Positions 1 to 8,835 of a stretch of 64,000 bases of DNA are shown here, one piece after another. The stretch comes from Nanobdellati archaeon (lineage in GTDB: Archaea > Nanobdellota > Nanobdellia > UBA10117). The translations under genes were made by a program, and so were the position numbers. Positions within the stretch are counted from its first letter, which is position 1. Each line of letters begins with the position of its first letter. Where the stretch lies: assembly GCA_016182015.1 (NCBI GenBank), contig JACOYC010000009.1, positions 6,953 through 70,952 of the forward strand. Reading direction: 5' to 3'. The notes under the pieces are model-generated. The model was not told the origin of the DNA and ran no database searches. It was given only the letters and a program-made list of their open reading frames with translations.

Positions 1-689
1 CTAATTTCATAGAAAGTAACTTCCCCTTCCTTGTCCACGATGCCGACCAGCAGTTTCTTCCTCGTGGAATGGGCTACGCGGTTCATCGCTGCGAACTGTG
101 TCCATGTGTAGCCATCTGTCTCGTTTGTGCAGAACAGCACCCACTTCGCGTGGTCCTGGCCTGGCTTCATGCCGCGCGGGTAAACCCTATAATCTGCGCC
201 GAACTTTAAAGCGGTTTTGGTAATGTACCCCCTAGTTCTAATATCCCGGTAAACCTGATACTTTGTCCAGAAGTTTGCCTCAATTTTGTTTGCGAGTTTG
301 ACAAACTGCTCAAAATTAAGCTGCTTCTTGCCGTCCAGCACAACCAATTTCCCGCGCTCCATCAAGTAAAGCGCCTCATCCAGCGCGAACTCAATTCTTG
401 TTTCTTTTACGCCCTGCTGCTGGCCAAAAATCTCGCCGAAGTTCGAGCGGTCGAAGAACTGCTGCGCGTTCTGGAAGTCCTCCCTAACTGCAACCTTGTT
501 TCCAATCAAGTACCCGCGGACTGGCTCCTTGATTTTTATCTGTTCAATCGAAGTCGGTAACTGCTCTGCCGGCTGTTGGTTGCCCCCCATGCCTGCTTCA
601 GCTATCTCGCCGGCCTCTGCAACTTCAGGAGCCCCAAGGCTAGTCTCGTTAACACCTTCTTGTTTCTTATCTTTGTGCTTTTTAGACAT
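1..689 (-). CDS. endA: tRNA-splicing endonuclease (EndA), C-terminus cut by window edge
   Basis: Not in the ORF track because no stop lies in the window. Manual minus-strand translation from the ATG at 689-687 gives MSKKHKDKKQEG...YQVYRDIRTRGYITKTALKFGADYRVYPRGMKPGQDHAKWVLFC...RVAHSTRKKLLVGIVDKEGEVTFYEI. This matches the catalytic domain pattern of archaeal EndA (Y, H, K catalytic contexts). Confidence 0.7.
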   Translation of the reverse strand, partial: MSKKHKDKKQEGVNETSLGAPEVAEAGEIAEAGMGGNQQPAEQLPTSIEQIKIKEPVRGYLIGNKVAVREDFQNAQQFFDRSNFGEIFGQQQGVKETRIEFALDEALYLMERGKLVVLDGKKQLNFEQFVKLANKIEANFWTKYQVYRDIRTRGYITKTALKFGADYRVYPRGMKPGQDHAKWVLFCTNETDGYTWTQFAAMNRVAHSTRKKLLVGIVDKEGEVTFYEI

Positions 690-833
690 TCTAGAAGCCA
701 ATCTTATCGCCAAACGGCCTACGTCCCCGTTGGGCAAATTTAAGTGGCTGTCACCGAAATAAACTGTAGATTTGGGTTTAAAAACGTTTTCAGGCAGGCA
801 AAGTCTTTTAAGTCTTTTGTTAGACATTACACC

Positions 834-1112
834 ATGGCAGGAGAGAAAGCATCAGTTGAATTGTCGCATTTGGAGAGATTAGCTCTGGGCATAATGCTGA
901 CAGGTAGCGCGCCACCCCTAGACGGGGCAGACATAGTAGCTTTCACATTTAAAGCCGGCCTAAAAGAAGCAATTGGCGAAAATGGCTACAATGGTTTGCG
1001 AGACTTTGCAGACAGGCTTAGAAAAAAAGGGTTATTTGCTGGCAAGGGCGACACATATTTTTTGACTGCAGAAGGATACGAAGCTGGGCAAGCAATGCAT
1101 CCCACCACATAA
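834..1112 (+). CDS. hypothetical small protein (92 aa from internal ATG)
   Basis: ORF track 744..1112; the ATG at 834 gives MAGEKASVELSHLERLALG.... The upstream 30 codons lie in the endA-divergent spacer. No family recognised. Confidence 0.35.
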   Translation: MAGEKASVELSHLERLALGIMLTGSAPPLDGADIVAFTFKAGLKEAIGENGYNGLRDFADRLRKKGLFAGKGDTYFLTAEGYEAGQAMHPTT

Positions 1113-1158
1113 TTCGCGGTGCGAAACCTTTTAAGTTCTGAAATTTACAAGTAATAAT

Positions 1159-1203
1159 ATGAAACTAACAATTCTCGGAACCGGCGGCGCAACACCAATA
1201 CCA
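1159..1203 (+). repeat. decayed duplicate of the first ~45 nt of rnz (left copy of a direct repeat; right copy is 2276-2320)
   Basis: atgaaactaacaattctcggaaccggcggcgcaacaccaatacc compared with the rnz start atgaaactaacaattctaggaaccggcagtgcaatgccaacacc. The left copy reads MKLTILGTGGATPIP... and then stops after 23 codons. Confidence 0.7.
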
Positions 1204-1225
1204 CAAGCTTTAAATAGTTCTAAAA

Positions 1226-1241
1226 TGTAACATATGTTACA
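1226..1241. promoter_or_regulatory. perfect 16-bp palindrome TGTAACATATGTTACA, candidate operator of the MNT/HEPN cassette
   Basis: The perfect inverted repeat ends 2 nt before the ATG at 1244. The downstream protein has an N-terminal wHTH-like segment, so autoregulation is plausible but inferred. Confidence 0.4.
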
Positions 1242-1243
1242 AA

Positions 1244-1825
1244 ATGAAACCGTACGTTACAAAAAAGTACCTAAATATGCTAATGCAAAGTTCCTGCGAC
1301 CGCGTACTTGAAGTGCTTTTTCGCATGCCAGAAGCGGAGTTTAGCCTATCGGACCTCGCCAAAGAAGCAGGTGTAGCTAAGCCGCATATAGGCAGCATAC
1401 TTAAAAAGTTTGTAGGCTTAAATCTAATAACAATAATTAAGCTAACAAAAATCTGGCGCATAAGAGCAAACCAGCAAAATTGGAATTTTATCAGAAGCAA
1501 AATTGTCTACAACTTAAATTTCATATACCAAAGCGGTTTGGTAGAGTTCCTAAGCGAGTATTTCAAAAATCCAAAGGCAATCGTTCTATTCGGCAGCTTC
1601 AGGCGTGGCGAGGACATTTCTTCTTCAGATATAGATATTGCTATTGAAACCAGCGAAGAAACCGAATATAATGTTATTGGCCTGCGGGAACTTTCAGATT
1701 TCGAGAAAAATATAAGCAGGCGCATCCAAATACATAAATTTAACAAAAAAAATGTTGACATGCACGTCTTCAACAACATAGCAAACGGCGTCGTGCTGGC
1801 CGGCTTTCTAGAGGTGCAACCATGA
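1244..1825 (+). CDS. minimal nucleotidyltransferase (MNT-type antitoxin) with N-terminal wHTH-like domain
   Basis: 193 aa. The pol-beta-type NTase signature is present: VLFGSFRRGEDISSSDIDIAIE (GS...G...SDIDI). There is a 4-nt overlap with the downstream HEPN gene. Confidence 0.75.
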   Translation: MKPYVTKKYLNMLMQSSCDRVLEVLFRMPEAEFSLSDLAKEAGVAKPHIGSILKKFVGLNLITIIKLTKIWRIRANQQNWNFIRSKIVYNLNFIYQSGLVEFLSEYFKNPKAIVLFGSFRRGEDISSSDIDIAIETSEETEYNVIGLRELSDFEKNISRRIQIHKFNKKNVDMHVFNNIANGVVLAGFLEVQP

Positions 1826-2268
1826 GAAAAGAAATAATTGAGCAATTGGTAAGAAGCGATCAACTTCGCAAGCGTTTCCCGGATAAAGAAAAAATAAAAT
1901 CAATATTAGAATCTGCGGAAACAAATATGCGCATCGTAAAAGGAGTTCTGCCTACAGAAGATAGCGCAACTCTTATTTTCAGAGAGACTTACGAGTCAGT
2001 CCGCCAGCTTGGCGATGCTAAATGGTGGCTGCTCGGCTATGAGCCGCGCAACCACGAAGTCAGCTTAGAAATATTAAAAGATATGGATATAAAAGAAAGA
2101 ACAAAATTAAACCACGTTATGCGCTTTAAATCTATACGAAATGATGCAAATTATCGGGGCTTCAAAATAAGTCTGGTGCTGGCTAAGGAAATCCTGGAAT
2201 TCTGGGATTTATGTGCTGCGGATATAATATCAGAATTACTAAAAGAGTTAAAAACCAACACTTTATAA
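1822..2268 (+). CDS. HEPN domain protein (toxin partner of MNT)
   Basis: 148 aa and all-helical, with an IRNDANYRG motif typical of HEPN partners of MNT genes. It is translationally coupled to 1244..1825. Confidence 0.7.
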   Translation: MRKEIIEQLVRSDQLRKRFPDKEKIKSILESAETNMRIVKGVLPTEDSATLIFRETYESVRQLGDAKWWLLGYEPRNHEVSLEILKDMDIKERTKLNHVMRFKSIRNDANYRGFKISLVLAKEILEFWDLCAADIISELLKELKTNTL

Positions 2269-2275
2269 TGATACC

Positions 2276-3163
2276 ATGAAACTAACAATTCTAGGAACCG
2301 GCAGTGCAATGCCAACACCCAGCCGCAACCATAGCGCGACCGCGCTGGACATCGGCCCGGAAGTTTTGCTGTTTGACTGCGGCGAGGGCACGCAGCTGCA
2401 ATTAATGAAAGCTGGAATAAGCCACAACAAGATTTCAAAAATATTTATCACGCACTGGCACGGCGACCACGTGCTTGGCCTGCCGGGATTAATCCAGAGC
2501 ATGTCTTTAAACAAAAGGGCTAAGCCGCTGAATATTTACGGGCCGGCAAGGACAAAGGAAAACTTCAGAAAAATTTCCGAGGCGTTTGGAATCTTCCCAA
2601 CCTTCAAAATTTCAATAACTGAATTAAAGCCCGGCGCATTCAACGCAGAAAAATATTCCATCGCGGTTGCAAATGCAAAACACAACGCGCCTTGCCTGGC
2701 TTTTGCATTTCAGGAAAAGCCGAAAATAAAAATAAACATAATCTATTTGAAAAAGTTTGGCCTGGCAAACAATCCAGTAATCGGTGATTTGATAAAAGGA
2801 AAAGATATTGTCTGGAACAAAAAGAAAATCAAAGCAAGGGATGCAACATTTGTAGAAAAAGGAAAGAAAATTGTTTATCTGCTGGACTCGGCATACTCAA
2901 AACATTTGGAAAACTTCTGCAAAGGAGCAGATGTTTTGCTGTGCGAGGCGACATTTGCGGATGACATGAAGGAATTTGCAAAAGAGTTCGGCCACATGAC
3001 TGCAACGCAGGCCGCAACACTGGCAAAAAAAGCAAGCATAAAAAAATTAATTATAACACATTTCAGCCAGAGATACAAAGACACAAATATCCTGTTGAAA
3101 GAAGCAAAAAAAGTTTTTGCAGACACGATTGCGGCTAAGGATTTAATAACAATTGAAATTTAA
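2276..3163 (+). CDS. rnz: ribonuclease Z (tRNA 3' processing, metallo-beta-lactamase fold)
   Basis: 295 aa. MKLTILGTGSAMPT... with the HxHxDH motif ITHWHGDHVLGLPG and a C-terminal ITHFSQRY. Confidence 0.9.
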   Translation: MKLTILGTGSAMPTPSRNHSATALDIGPEVLLFDCGEGTQLQLMKAGISHNKISKIFITHWHGDHVLGLPGLIQSMSLNKRAKPLNIYGPARTKENFRKISEAFGIFPTFKISITELKPGAFNAEKYSIAVANAKHNAPCLAFAFQEKPKIKINIIYLKKFGLANNPVIGDLIKGKDIVWNKKKIKARDATFVEKGKKIVYLLDSAYSKHLENFCKGADVLLCEATFADDMKEFAKEFGHMTATQAATLAKKASIKKLIITHFSQRYKDTNILLKEAKKVFADTIAAKDLITIEI

Positions 3164-5451
3164 TTTTTGTCTTCCGGTTTCTTCTCTCCGTCCAGAAAAT
3201 CCTCGTCCTCTTCTTCCAACCAGTCCACGAATCGCTGCCATGTGCCTTTCTTCTGGGCCTGGCTGCTGGCTAGCTGGCTTGGCTGGGCTGGCTTTGGCTG
3301 CTCTTTTGCTTGGACAATTCGCGCCGGCATTGCAGGCCTTCTTGGCCAAGAACGCACACCGGCCAGCAAAACTGCCAAAACCATAACTGCTACAACACCA
3401 ATCTGCCAGTTTTTGTAACCGTAAGTTCTGCCACGAATTAAATCTCTGAGCCAGTCGCGGGCCTGCCTCAGCGGCCGTTTAACCGCTTCCGTATACGGGC
3501 CTGCCAGCTCGTTGGCTTTATTCCTTGCGCGCGCATCCAATGTACCAACAGCGCCTGCTGCACCGCTTATTTTATCGGACAGTTGCAAGCTTGGTTTGCT
3601 TATCTGAATTTTTGGAAAATGCAATTTCACTCCGCTACTGGAGTTTGCCTGCACGCTGACTGGTCTCGCGCCGTGAGTCAGGGAAACCGCCCTAGTCCAT
3701 AAACTAGATACAAAACCCTTGATTGCCCGTGTCTGTGCGGAAAAGTTTGGAAGCGCACGTTCCCCTTGAATTGCTCCCTGGCTGGCTGGCTTTTTTGGCG
3801 CTTCCGGCTCTTTAACCTCTGCAACATTAATATCTATGGTGGATGAGCTATACGTAGCGCCGCCCTGCAGCCTGGCTGAAAATGTAAGTTTGTAGTCTTG
3901 TTGCGGCGCATCTGCGGGGAGCGCGATATATGCGTACGCAGTGCCTGCCTCGGAGCCGCCCAGCGTAAGCGTGCTGGGATTTAGTTTTGCGTAAGCTGCA
4001 CCAGAGCCGGAGACTTCCAGATTATACACTGCAGCTTCGCGGCCAAGGTTTTCCACAACAATTGGGATCAATGCGCCCTGCCCGCGGGCAACACTGACGC
4101 GCTGTTCCGCTGGAGTTGTCCGAACGCCAAAACAAGAGTCGCGTGACGGAATTTTCAGCACAAGCTCGTCGGATGCACTTGTAATGCCTGCCTGCTCTGC
4201 CGATACTTTAACAACATATCCTCCAGATGTAACGTCCCTTGGGCTGGCAACTAAATTTACTACCGCGCTTTCGCCGGTTTTTAATTTAACCGCTTGCTTG
4301 TCAAGGGAAACAAAATCTGCGCCAGATGCAGAAAGCACAAAGTCTCCGTCGTACTTGCCCAAATTAGAAACCTGGACAGCATATGCCTTTTCAGTTCCGG
4401 AACAAACTGTATCCTGCTCTGCGGAAATGCGAACGTCAGTTGCATAGCATTTCAAAACATTTGCAACTATTTCTCGGGAAACTTTCTGCGCTCCCTTCTC
4501 AGATGAAGCTTCAACATTAATTCTGAAGTCGCCAGTTGTTCCAAGCCTCGGAAATAATATTAAGTTAGCAGACGCAGGCCTGCCGGCCGCAGCCTGCACG
4601 CTCGTAGATTCAAGGCTTGCCCAGCTCGGGCCGGAAACTTTTAGCTCGTAGCTGTTGCCAACAGTCCCCCTGTTCTGCAAATTTATTGGTATGCTTGCCT
4701 GCGCATTCTCGCAAAAGCTCAAGTAGTTTTTATCCGGGACAAAGTCAAAGTCATAACATGCCTCTGAGTTCAAAACGAGCGGGGCGCTTGTAACGGCGCT
4801 CGAGTCTTTTGAAATAGCTGAAACAGACAAATCAAAAGTTCCTACTGTTAAGCATGAAGTCAGGACTGAAACATCAAAATCTTTTTTTTCGTTTGGCGCC
4901 AGCCGCACCTCGGAAAGGCTTGGCGTTGCATACTGTGCGCCGGTGCCGCTAAGCTTGATTACAAACGTTTCAGAATATCTGCCAGTGTTCTCAAGCGAAA
5001 CTAGGTATTTTCCTGGCGCGCATGCACATGTGTTTAACGTGCCGGCCTGCGCGGTTAAAGCGCCTGCATGGCAATCATCAACAACTACGCTGTAACCTGC
5101 AGTTGTTTTGCCGGAAAGACCTGAATTCACAATCGCATCGAGAGAGTACATGCCTGGCTGTGCGCTCAGCGATGGCGTAACATAAATATAAACGGAATTC
5201 GACTGCCCGGGTTTCAGAACAAAACCAGATGGCGCAGCGACCGCCCATTTTGCTGCATCGCCGGCCAGCGAGATTGTGTATGAGTCGGAGTTAGCCAAAT
5301 TGTGGTTTGTAACGCCAAGCACAAATAAAATTGTGTCAGACGCACAGGCAGTGCCACTAGTATCGGTATTACTTAATGCGCCCGCAGACGCAAGTACTAG
5401 CAACAAAGCTGTTACAATCCACAAAACCCTAACTTGGCCATTGCTTACCAT
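3160..5451 (-). CDS. large surface protein: signal peptide, repeated beta-sandwich domains, C-terminal TM anchor with acidic cytoplasmic tail
   Basis: 763 aa. The N-terminus is LWIVTALLLVLASAGALS. Repeated segments of about 100 aa look CARDB/NEW3-like by eye. The TM segment is WQIGVVAVMVLAVLLAGV, followed by the tail ...WLEEEDEDFLDGEKKPEDKN. A GGAGG sits 10 nt upstream of the ATG. Confidence 0.6.
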   Translation of the reverse strand: MVSNGQVRVLWIVTALLLVLASAGALSNTDTSGTACASDTILFVLGVTNHNLANSDSYTISLAGDAAKWAVAAPSGFVLKPGQSNSVYIYVTPSLSAQPGMYSLDAIVNSGLSGKTTAGYSVVVDDCHAGALTAQAGTLNTCACAPGKYLVSLENTGRYSETFVIKLSGTGAQYATPSLSEVRLAPNEKKDFDVSVLTSCLTVGTFDLSVSAISKDSSAVTSAPLVLNSEACYDFDFVPDKNYLSFCENAQASIPINLQNRGTVGNSYELKVSGPSWASLESTSVQAAAGRPASANLILFPRLGTTGDFRINVEASSEKGAQKVSREIVANVLKCYATDVRISAEQDTVCSGTEKAYAVQVSNLGKYDGDFVLSASGADFVSLDKQAVKLKTGESAVVNLVASPRDVTSGGYVVKVSAEQAGITSASDELVLKIPSRDSCFGVRTTPAEQRVSVARGQGALIPIVVENLGREAAVYNLEVSGSGAAYAKLNPSTLTLGGSEAGTAYAYIALPADAPQQDYKLTFSARLQGGATYSSSTIDINVAEVKEPEAPKKPASQGAIQGERALPNFSAQTRAIKGFVSSLWTRAVSLTHGARPVSVQANSSSGVKLHFPKIQISKPSLQLSDKISGAAGAVGTLDARARNKANELAGPYTEAVKRPLRQARDWLRDLIRGRTYGYKNWQIGVVAVMVLAVLLAGVRSWPRRPAMPARIVQAKEQPKPAQPSQLASSQAQKKGTWQRFVDWLEEEDEDFLDGEKKPEDKN

Positions 5452-5663
5452 CTCAACTCAACCTCCAACTCGAACTCTCTTATCACTGAACATTAGCAAA
5501 TACAGAATTCGGAGTAGAAACCTGTTTAAAAATAATTGTTTTGGGGCTTATACATATATTTTGATAGAGTTTGATATTTAATGTAAAACATGAATAAAAA
5601 ATTTAGCTAATCATATGTGCCGGGCTTCAAAGTAGGATCGCTGGGCATAAAATTAGATGGCTT

Positions 5664-6269
5664 TTACTCTTCCTTTATTTCATCTATTGTTCTTAGCCTG
5701 CCTTCGTATTGAATGGTTAAAACTATGAACCTATCGCGATCGTAGTTGCTTTGATGGCCCTCAGTTCGCTTATTTAAAGTTAAAACAATTGTCGCTACTC
5801 CACGTTCATTTTCAACAATTTCCATGTAACCGCTCGGGATATGATCCTTACCAATGCGATTTCTTCCCAATGGCAGGCTTTCCAAAAGCCTCTTCAAATC
5901 TTTGCCAGAAACTTCTTTTCCAACCAACTGCTCGAGCTGTGTGACTGGCTGTGCAATATAAGCGCCAAGTGGCTTTCGGCGTTCATACTTAAAAACTTCG
6001 CCTGTCTTCGGTGTGTAAGAAAAACGTTCCCTGAACCATTGCCAGCCATCAACTTCAACATAGCCTTCAGATTCTAACGGAAATTGTGCAGCAATGCTCT
6101 CGGAAATAATTGGTTTCAAACCACTGCCTGCACCGTTTGAACTGAAAAACCTATTGCTATCCTCAACAAACACGTCTGGCAGCTCGTCGCCTTTCTCAAG
6201 CGTTGTTATAGTTACTAATGGGAAAGCCAAAATTCCTTCAACACCTTGCTCGCATACTGGACATTCCAT
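5664..6269 (-). CDS. hypothetical protein (N-terminal CxxC)
   Basis: 201-aa ORF with no competing frame. It starts MECPVCEQG. No family recognised. Confidence 0.45.
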   Translation of the reverse strand: MECPVCEQGVEGILAFPLVTITTLEKGDELPDVFVEDSNRFFSSNGAGSGLKPIISESIAAQFPLESEGYVEVDGWQWFRERFSYTPKTGEVFKYERRKPLGAYIAQPVTQLEQLVGKEVSGKDLKRLLESLPLGRNRIGKDHIPSGYMEIVENERGVATIVLTLNKRTEGHQSNYDRDRFIVLTIQYEGRLRTIDEIKEE

Positions 6270-6307
6270 AGTTTGCTCACGATTAAAAATTAATATTTAA
6301 ATAATTT

Positions 6308-6372
6308 GCGGCATCGAAGATGCCGCTCGGGGGTTTGGGCAATGCCAAAGAACTAAGGGGGCAGAGCCCCCC
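6308..6372 (-). other. two GC-rich stem-loops in the 116-nt spacer after the 394-aa gene (possible terminator or processing signals)
   Basis: gcggcatc-gaa-gatgccgc at 6308-6326 has an 8-bp stem. ggggg-cagag-ccccc lies at 6357-6371. No adjacent oligo-T run, so their function is uncertain. Confidence 0.25.
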
Positions 6373-6385
6373 TTGGGTCTTTGAA

Positions 6386-7570
6386 TTAGTAGTAAACCTG
6401 TCCCTTTCCGCTGCCCCTGCGTGTTGCCCAGAAGGCAGCAATCACTGCCAGCAGGACAACCACAACGACAAACACCAGGCCAAGCTGGTCCTTATCTGCC
6501 AGCCCGCTTGCAACTGATGGCGCAGAGCCGCTAACTTGAACATCAACAGGCACTGCTGAAACAGTTGTCGCCCCATCCTTCAAAAACAAAGTGAAGGAAT
6601 GCCTGCCAGCTACAGACGGAAGCAGGTAAACAAAAACAGATTCGGACTCGCCCGCGCCAAGTGTTACAGTTGTTGGGTCTACTCTTGCTGCGGATGCCCA
6701 ATCAACAGTCCCGCCAAGCTGCAGGTTGAAAGTCTTTTGCGAATCTTCGTTGTTCGAAACCGCCAGGCTCACAACCGCGCCTTTTCCGATTGGAACTTGA
6801 ACACTTACTGGAGTTTGTGTCTGCCTGTCTTGCGCCTGTGATGCAGGAATAAACTTCTGCACTTCAACAAGGCCTGAATTTGTGGCTGAAACATCTGCGT
6901 TGCTTGCTGTTACTTTCAAAACATACAGCCCGCTCTCTGCATCCCGCGGAACGCTCAGAGTCATATAAAGTGTTCTGTCATCTTCCTGCATAAGTGTATC
7001 AGTTACGCGGATTGTCTGTGATGCGCCGACCTCCGGCATCTCTGCTTTAATCTTCAAGCTATCTTCTGCATTTTTTCCGTTGTTAACCAAACGCACTGCC
7101 AAATCTATAGAATCGCCGGCGGTAACGGATGCTGAGCTTATCTGGATAGATTTGAAATATACTGAGTGGTCTTTCTGCTCAACAAAAAGATTTCCGGAAA
7201 ATTGCTGTGCCTTTACGATGCCGTTAGCCTTTCCTTCTGCATTTAAGGTCAGCCTGTAAGTGCCTTCCCTTAGGTCGTTTGGCACACTTACGGTTAGTTT
7301 AAGCTCGCGTTCATTTCCAGATAACATTTTGCTGACATGCAGTTCTGCCCTACTTTCCTTCTCACCTGCAATCTGGCCTGTAATTTTTATATCCTTGACA
7401 TCTGCACCTGCAGACAACACGAAGGAAACAGCAACAGATTCGCTGGGAGCAACTGTGTCTTCAAAATCAACTTCGCCTAAAGCCAGCGCTGACCGCGTTG
7501 TTGCAAAGGCTGGCGCAATCAAAAGCAGGCTTGCCAGCAAAGCGGCAATTAATTTAAACATGTTTTTCAT
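6386..7570 (-). CDS. surface protein: signal peptide, repeated beta-sandwich domains, C-terminal TM anchor
   Basis: 394 aa. The signal peptide is MKNMFKLIAALLASLLLIAPAFA. The C-terminal anchor is LGLVFVVVVVLLAVIAAFW followed by RRGSGKG. Confidence 0.6.
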   Translation of the reverse strand: MKNMFKLIAALLASLLLIAPAFATTRSALALGEVDFEDTVAPSESVAVSFVLSAGADVKDIKITGQIAGEKESRAELHVSKMLSGNERELKLTVSVPNDLREGTYRLTLNAEGKANGIVKAQQFSGNLFVEQKDHSVYFKSIQISSASVTAGDSIDLAVRLVNNGKNAEDSLKIKAEMPEVGASQTIRVTDTLMQEDDRTLYMTLSVPRDAESGLYVLKVTASNADVSATNSGLVEVQKFIPASQAQDRQTQTPVSVQVPIGKGAVVSLAVSNNEDSQKTFNLQLGGTVDWASAARVDPTTVTLGAGESESVFVYLLPSVAGRHSFTLFLKDGATTVSAVPVDVQVSGSAPSVASGLADKDQLGLVFVVVVVLLAVIAAFWATRRGSGKGQVYY

Positions 7571-7571
7571 C

Positions 7572-8834
7572 TTACTGCCCCCTCTTCTTGGAAGCCTGAG
7601 CGGTTTGCGTAGTCCTCATCAAGATTACTACCGCGACAATTATGACAACAAGCCCGCCGAACACTGCAAACAACACATTGTCGTCTAACTGCGGAGTTCT
7701 TGATTGAGTTTCTACATTTCCCGGCGCGGTAGAAACTGCGACCGGGGTGACTGTTACTGCTGGAAGTGTTTCAGCTTCGGCCCTTGCTGCGCCAACATTT
7801 ATAACTTGGCTGCCTGTTGCCGTGTCTTTTCCGTCATTGAATGTTACTGTGAAAAACACAACATGCCTGCCAGGCCTCGCGTCTTTTGAAACAGCAAATG
7901 GTATGTATTGTACTGTCTCTTCGCTCTGGCCAAGCTTGAAAACCGGGCTGAATTCCTGCACGCCCAAGTCGTCAGACTGAACCTTCACGCGGACAGACTC
8001 ATCTTTCTTTCCGATGTTTGACAGGGCGACTGCAACCTGTGATTGCTCGCCTGGCCTTACTGAATCAGAAGTGAACTGCGCTGATGTCAGCGTAACTTCG
8101 TGGCCTGCCCTCTCCACTTCAAGCACTTCAGACCTCTGGCCTGCCTGCGCGAACTGGTGAGAATCTTCATCCTGCCACTCGAACTTTACATTAACATCGT
8201 ATTTCTTTTCCTTTGCATCTATCGGGACAACAAAAGTTGCCGTAGCATCTTCAGTATCTTTATTATTTAGTCTGCCAAAGTCAAGCTCCTGCTCAAGGTC
8301 TTCGCCACTGTCAATACCAGCTATTGAAACTGTTGCTACCAAATCGAATGCATCATGTCCCCAGCTGTTCTTGACAGAGATTGCAACATCTACTGCGCTT
8401 GTTGGCTTTGCTGTATCAGCTGACAAGTCAAGTGATTTCAGTACTACTGTCTGGCCTGCTGGCGGGGTTGTTGTTCCGTCTGTTGGTGTTCCGCCATCGG
8501 CTGGAGGAGGCGGTGCTGTTGATGTCAAAACATAATATGCTGTCCAGTCGCTTGACAAACGAACTAAGGGAATGGGTTTTGTATCATAACCTGCTTTTGT
8601 TACGGTAATTTGATATGAGCCGTCCGGCAGGAAGCAGCTCTTAGAAGCTGCATTCACGCCCTGGCACACGACAGAAGAAGTTGCAGCGTCAGCAACAACT
8701 ATACTGTCTGGCACTGGCTGGCTGCCGCTCGGGGCAATATCCAGTACGTGTATTTCAGTTGCAAGTGTTCCGATTGGTGCGCCTAAAAGCGCTAGCATAA
8801 ACGTAAGCGCAACCAATATCTTTGTCATTTTCAT
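7572..8834 (-). CDS. surface protein: signal peptide, Pro/Thr-rich linker, beta-sandwich domains, C-terminal TM anchor
   Basis: The ORF track start is 8885. I prefer the ATG at 8834 (MKMTKILVALTFMLALLGAP...), which directly follows the stop of the upstream gene and a GGAGG. PT linker: APPPPADGGTPTDGTTTPPAG. C-terminal anchor: VLFAVFGGLVVIIVAVVILM. Confidence 0.55.
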   Translation of the reverse strand: MKMTKILVALTFMLALLGAPIGTLATEIHVLDIAPSGSQPVPDSIVVADAATSSVVCQGVNAASKSCFLPDGSYQITVTKAGYDTKPIPLVRLSSDWTAYYVLTSTAPPPPADGGTPTDGTTTPPAGQTVVLKSLDLSADTAKPTSAVDVAISVKNSWGHDAFDLVATVSIAGIDSGEDLEQELDFGRLNNKDTEDATATFVVPIDAKEKKYDVNVKFEWQDEDSHQFAQAGQRSEVLEVERAGHEVTLTSAQFTSDSVRPGEQSQVAVALSNIGKKDESVRVKVQSDDLGVQEFSPVFKLGQSEETVQYIPFAVSKDARPGRHVVFFTVTFNDGKDTATGSQVINVGAARAEAETLPAVTVTPVAVSTAPGNVETQSRTPQLDDNVLFAVFGGLVVIIVAVVILMRTTQTAQASKKRGQ

Positions 8835-8835
8835 T

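Noticed and set aside
3100-3200. A search for a direct repeat of the tRNA-Arg 3' exon (gccccggcgaag...) at the left edge of the 39-kb block, as an att site.
   Set aside because: No match was seen by eye near the rnz end, and no integrase gene is present. Mobility of the block therefore remains unproven. A proper repeat search is still needed.
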